A DNA stretch of 35,053 bases, taken from Candidatus Krumholzibacteriia bacterium. GTDB lineage: Bacteria; Krumholzibacteriota; Krumholzibacteriia; LZORAL124-64-63. Under the pieces are notes generated by a model. The model saw only the letters and a list, made by a program, of their open reading frames with translations, ran no database searches and was not told the origin of the DNA. Position numbers and translations under genes: made by a program. The stretch spans positions 1-35,053 of the forward strand of contig JAZBOO010000319.1 in NCBI GenBank assembly GCA_036351155.1, given 5' to 3'. This document shows positions 32,360 through 35,053 of the stretch, in pieces (within the stretch, counting starts at the first letter, position 1; each line of letters starts with the position of its first letter).

Positions 32360-33532
32360 TCAGCAGGAGGGAGAGTGAAAAATGGCCCGCAAGGCCCGCA
32401 GGCCGGAAATCACCAGACACTTGGCATGGTACAGACTGGAATGAATACGGGTTCCCCAGGAGGGTATCTGGCCGGCCCGATGGCCGTTATCCATGAAGAT
32501 TTCTTCCCCCGGAAAGAGCTGACGCTTGATTTCCCGGAGACGCTTGGCGGTGTTGGGAGTGAACAAGAGGTGCAGCATGTAGCTGTAACCATCGACAGTC
32601 TCCGCCGAACGCTCCAGCAAACCACCGGTCACATCGAGCCCGTCCAGGGCGCGGCGGGTCGCCCACCCCGGGGTCAAGCCGCGGGGCAAGGGTACGGGGG
32701 CCTCCCTCCCCAGCAAATCCTTCACCACATGAAGCCAGGTTCCGAACGCCGTCCCCATCCTGATGCGGGAAGATTCCTTCATCAGATAAAGCCAATCGTC
32801 CTCCGTCAGGATCGGCATCAGCAAGGCCATGTCCATGACCCGACGTAAATCGATGTAACCATCGGCGATGTTCTGGTAAACACCGTGCAAAACCTGATCG
32901 ACCGGTGCCGCCACCTTGAAATCCACTTTCCCCACCCGCGCAGGAAGGGCGCGATCGAATATCCCCACCACATCGAAACCGTAAATGGAATGAGGGGTGG
33001 TCACGTCCCAGTGGATTTCCAGAACCGAGCCCTGGGGTCCGTTGAAAATGCGGTGAAAATGATGCCGATCATAGTACAGAGGGTCCCGCAGGCCTCGAAT
33101 CTGATGGTAACCTTTGGCTTCCAGCCTCTTGCAGGCTTCCTCCAGGTGCCGCCGGGGCACCAGGATGTCCAGATCCACAAACCAGCGGTGCAAGGGGTCG
33201 GGATAAAGGGTCGTGGCCAGGGCCGCCCCCTTGAGGACCACCGGCTGGCAGGTCTCCCAGGTGAGGGAGGGGAGAATTCGCTCCAGCTCCATGAGCAGGA
33301 AGCCCGTACGCTGGCGACCGGCCATGGCCCCCCGGCGGAAGGAATCATTGTGGAGGTTCAGGGGCAAGAAGGGCCCCAGGGCCACCTCCACCTGGTGCGC
33401 GGCCAGCAGGGCGCGCACCTTGTCCACCTGGACATCCGGGGGCAAGGGAATGGGGATGGCATCCTGCGCGGAAGGGTTGTCCGCCCAGGCCTGCAAGAGG
33501 GAGATGAGATATTTCCGGTCTGCTTTGTTCAT
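32360..33532 (-). CDS. Nucleotidyltransferase family protein (NTP_transf_5 type)
   Basis: ATG 33532 after AGGGGA; 'VVLKGAALA..LYPDPLHRWFVDLDILV', 'LEAKGY', 'LEIHWD', 'LRRVMDMALL'. Confidence 0.88.
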   Translation of the reverse strand: MNKADRKYLISLLQAWADNPSAQDAIPIPLPPDVQVDKVRALLAAHQVEVALGPFLPLNLHNDSFRRGAMAGRQRTGFLLMELERILPSLTWETCQPVVLKGAALATTLYPDPLHRWFVDLDILVPRRHLEEACKRLEAKGYHQIRGLRDPLYYDRHHFHRIFNGPQGSVLEIHWDVTTPHSIYGFDVVGIFDRALPARVGKVDFKVAAPVDQVLHGVYQNIADGYIDLRRVMDMALLMPILTEDDWLYLMKESSRIRMGTAFGTWLHVVKDLLGREAPVPLPRGLTPGWATRRALDGLDVTGGLLERSAETVDGYSYMLHLLFTPNTAKRLREIKRQLFPGEEIFMDNGHRAGQIPSWGTRIHSSLYHAKCLVISGLRALRAIFHSPSC

Positions 33533-33590
33533 GGTTTCCCCTGGTTCGGCCTTCGCCGAGCCCACTTGACCACCCACCCAAAAAATCTGG

Positions 33591-33622
33591 TGACTTGAGC
33601 GGCCTCAAGTCATCTATATAAT
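33591..33622. promoter_or_regulatory. Perfect inverted repeat overlapping a sigma-70 promoter in a divergent intergenic region
   Basis: TGACTTGAG-CGGC-CTCAAGTCA (33591-33612); TTGAGC-N16-TATAAT (33595-33622) on the plus strand. Confidence 0.55.
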
Positions 33623-33738
33623 GAACGAACCACGACCTGGCTGTCATGACATTATTGACCCTTTGTTCCCAGATTAGTCACAATCCTCCGTATCAGGTCG
33701 AAAATCCACCGGGAGCCACCATTGACCGGACCAACCAC

Positions 33739-34239
33739 ATGACCGATTCCCCCGCCAACCGGCAACGCGTGCTGGACGTTTGGCTGGGCTTGACCGGCCA
33801 GATCGCTCTGCCGGAGGGCTCGCTGATCCTTCCGGTCCTCAGCGGCAGCATGGGTCCGCAAATACCGCTGGGGTGTCGCATCGAGATCAGGCCCGGCCCG
33901 GCCGACCAGTGCCGGCTCGGCGACGTGATGGTATACATGGATGAAGGGCGGCTGGTGGCTCACCGCCTCCTGTGGCGTGTGGGCCCCTACCTGTACACCA
34001 AGGGCGATGCCAACGCATACGGGCACTGGATAGGGAGTTCCCAGGTGAAAGGACTGATTGTCGGGGTTTGGCCGGCCGAGAACCTCCCCCAGCCAACCCA
34101 GGCCATGGACCCCAGTTCGCTGGCTGCCGCCCAGAAGAGCCGCAAAGAGCTGCTCCACAACATCATTCTGTGGCTCCCGCGCAAGGTTCGGGACCTTTTG
34201 AGAGGGCCCACTCGCCCCCAACCCAAGGATGAGCCATGA
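33739..34239 (+). CDS. S24/S26 family peptidase-like protein (Ser-His type, no TM anchor)
   Basis: 'VLSGSMGPQI..G', 'GDVMVY', 'VAHRL', 'TKGDAN'; ATG 33739 preferred to 33646, which lies in the promoter region. Confidence 0.82.
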   Translation: MTDSPANRQRVLDVWLGLTGQIALPEGSLILPVLSGSMGPQIPLGCRIEIRPGPADQCRLGDVMVYMDEGRLVAHRLLWRVGPYLYTKGDANAYGHWIGSSQVKGLIVGVWPAENLPQPTQAMDPSSLAAAQKSRKELLHNIILWLPRKVRDLLRGPTRPQPKDEP

Positions 34240-35053
34240 CCCTGGACATTGCTTGCCAGTTCCGTCTCGACATCGGCGGTAACGTCCTAGGCTTCCATTG
34301 TGACCCGGCGGGATTCGCTCCTTACCTGAGCTACTGGTTCGACCGGCCCAGCACCCTGGCTGCCCCCGACATTTCCCTGCAATTGACCCTGATCCCTCAT
34401 GAAGAAACCCTGGATTTGCCCAACACCCTCCTCAAAACCAAGCGCCTGACCGGCAATGGCGGTTTCGATATCCACGATGGGCTTTTTCAGGGACGTTTCG
34501 ACGCGGCCACGGGCCAGGGGGAAATCGCCTTCAAGGCAGCGCTGGCGCGGGGCCAGCTCATGCGGGTTTCGGAACAGATTTTTTACCAGGCCTTCCACTC
34601 CGCCCGGCAGCGGAAGGGAACCGATTGCGTCATGGTCCATTCCTCGGCCGTGATCGCCGGTGGCCAGGGGTTTCTGTTCGTGGGTCCCTCGGAAGCGGGG
34701 AAATCCACCGCCGCCCGCAACAGTGCCGCCCACCATGTTCTGGGCGACGAGATGAATCTGGTTCATTTTACACCGCAGGGCCTTTTCGTTGAAGGCACCC
34801 CGTTCAACGGCTTTTTCCGGGACAAGAAGCCGGGCCGAGCCCCCTTGCGCGCTGTTTTCCTGTTGAATCAGGCTCCCGAGCATCGCATTGTGCCCATGGG
34901 AGCCGCCGAGGCGGCCGGCTTGCTGGCGGCGGAAATCGTCCCCCTGGTGGGACTGGACCAGGTGCCCGGACCCCAGACGGTTCCGGACATGGTGGAGGCC
35001 GCCGCCCGCATCGTGGCCGGCACGCACTTCGCCCGCCTGGATCTATTGCCCGA
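34236..35053 (+). CDS. HPr kinase-related P-loop protein (3' truncated; absent from the ORF track)
   Basis: ATGA overlap with the peptidase; translates as MTLDIACQF...'MVHSSAV..GGQGFLFVGPSEAGKST' (Walker A at 34683-34709), 'VLGDE', 'EGTPF', 'PLRAVFLL'; open to the window edge. Confidence 0.85.
   Translation, partial: MTLDIACQFRLDIGGNVLGFHCDPAGFAPYLSYWFDRPSTLAAPDISLQLTLIPHEETLDLPNTLLKTKRLTGNGGFDIHDGLFQGRFDAATGQGEIAFKAALARGQLMRVSEQIFYQAFHSARQRKGTDCVMVHSSAVIAGGQGFLFVGPSEAGKSTAARNSAAHHVLGDEMNLVHFTPQGLFVEGTPFNGFFRDKKPGRAPLRAVFLLNQAPEHRIVPMGAAEAAGLLAAEIVPLVGLDQVPGPQTVPDMVEAAARIVAGTHFARLDLLP

Noticed and set aside
33594..33609. CTTGAG...CTCAAG as an HspR HAIR heat-shock operator
   Set aside because: HAIR is CTTGAGT-N7-ACTCAAG; the arms here are only 4 nt apart and no chaperone genes are adjacent.
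33533..33738. RiPP precursor peptide in the divergent gap
   Set aside because: No short ORF with a convincing RBS or lasso-type leader was found; the gap is occupied by promoter-like elements.
34287..35027. 246-aa minus-strand ORF at the right edge
   Set aside because: Antisense to the HprK-like frame, which has a Walker A motif and translational coupling to the upstream gene.

Overview
GC-rich bacterial chromosomal window, densely coding, with no rRNA, tRNA, CRISPR array or mobile element seen. Secreted proteins with FlgD-Ig C-terminal domains and a '...LGSVKSLYR' C-terminus suggest an FCB-related lineage such as Ca. Krumholzibacteriota (inference). Left to right it holds: a tricorn-like S41 protease divergent from a YfcC-type transporter and a SAM methyltransferase; a DUF4097-type protein; a 71-aa orphan; an FG-GAP-repeat sensor kinase with a degenerate N-box; an EamA transporter; a GH20 hexosaminidase; several secreted sorting-signal proteins; a small Cys-rich protein; an N-glycan catabolic operon (CBM9-like, GH130, GH38, Tat-exported glycosylasparaginase); a degenerate HNH plus AlkD-like pair behind twin LexA-type boxes; and a compact bacterial microcompartment (BMC) operon. 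The BMC operon comprises a wHTH regulator, an RpiB-linker-DeoC fusion, BMC-T, BMC-H, an internally deleted BMC-P, an acylating aldehyde dehydrogenase, a second BMC-T and two more BMC-P genes. At the right edge is a divergent nucleotidyltransferase / S26-like peptidase / HprK-like kinase cassette of RiPP-associated type. The best candidates for undescribed biology are the BMC operon (fused enzyme whose RpiB carries Asp at the catalytic Cys position) and the right-edge cassette. All family calls come from motif recognition, not database searches.
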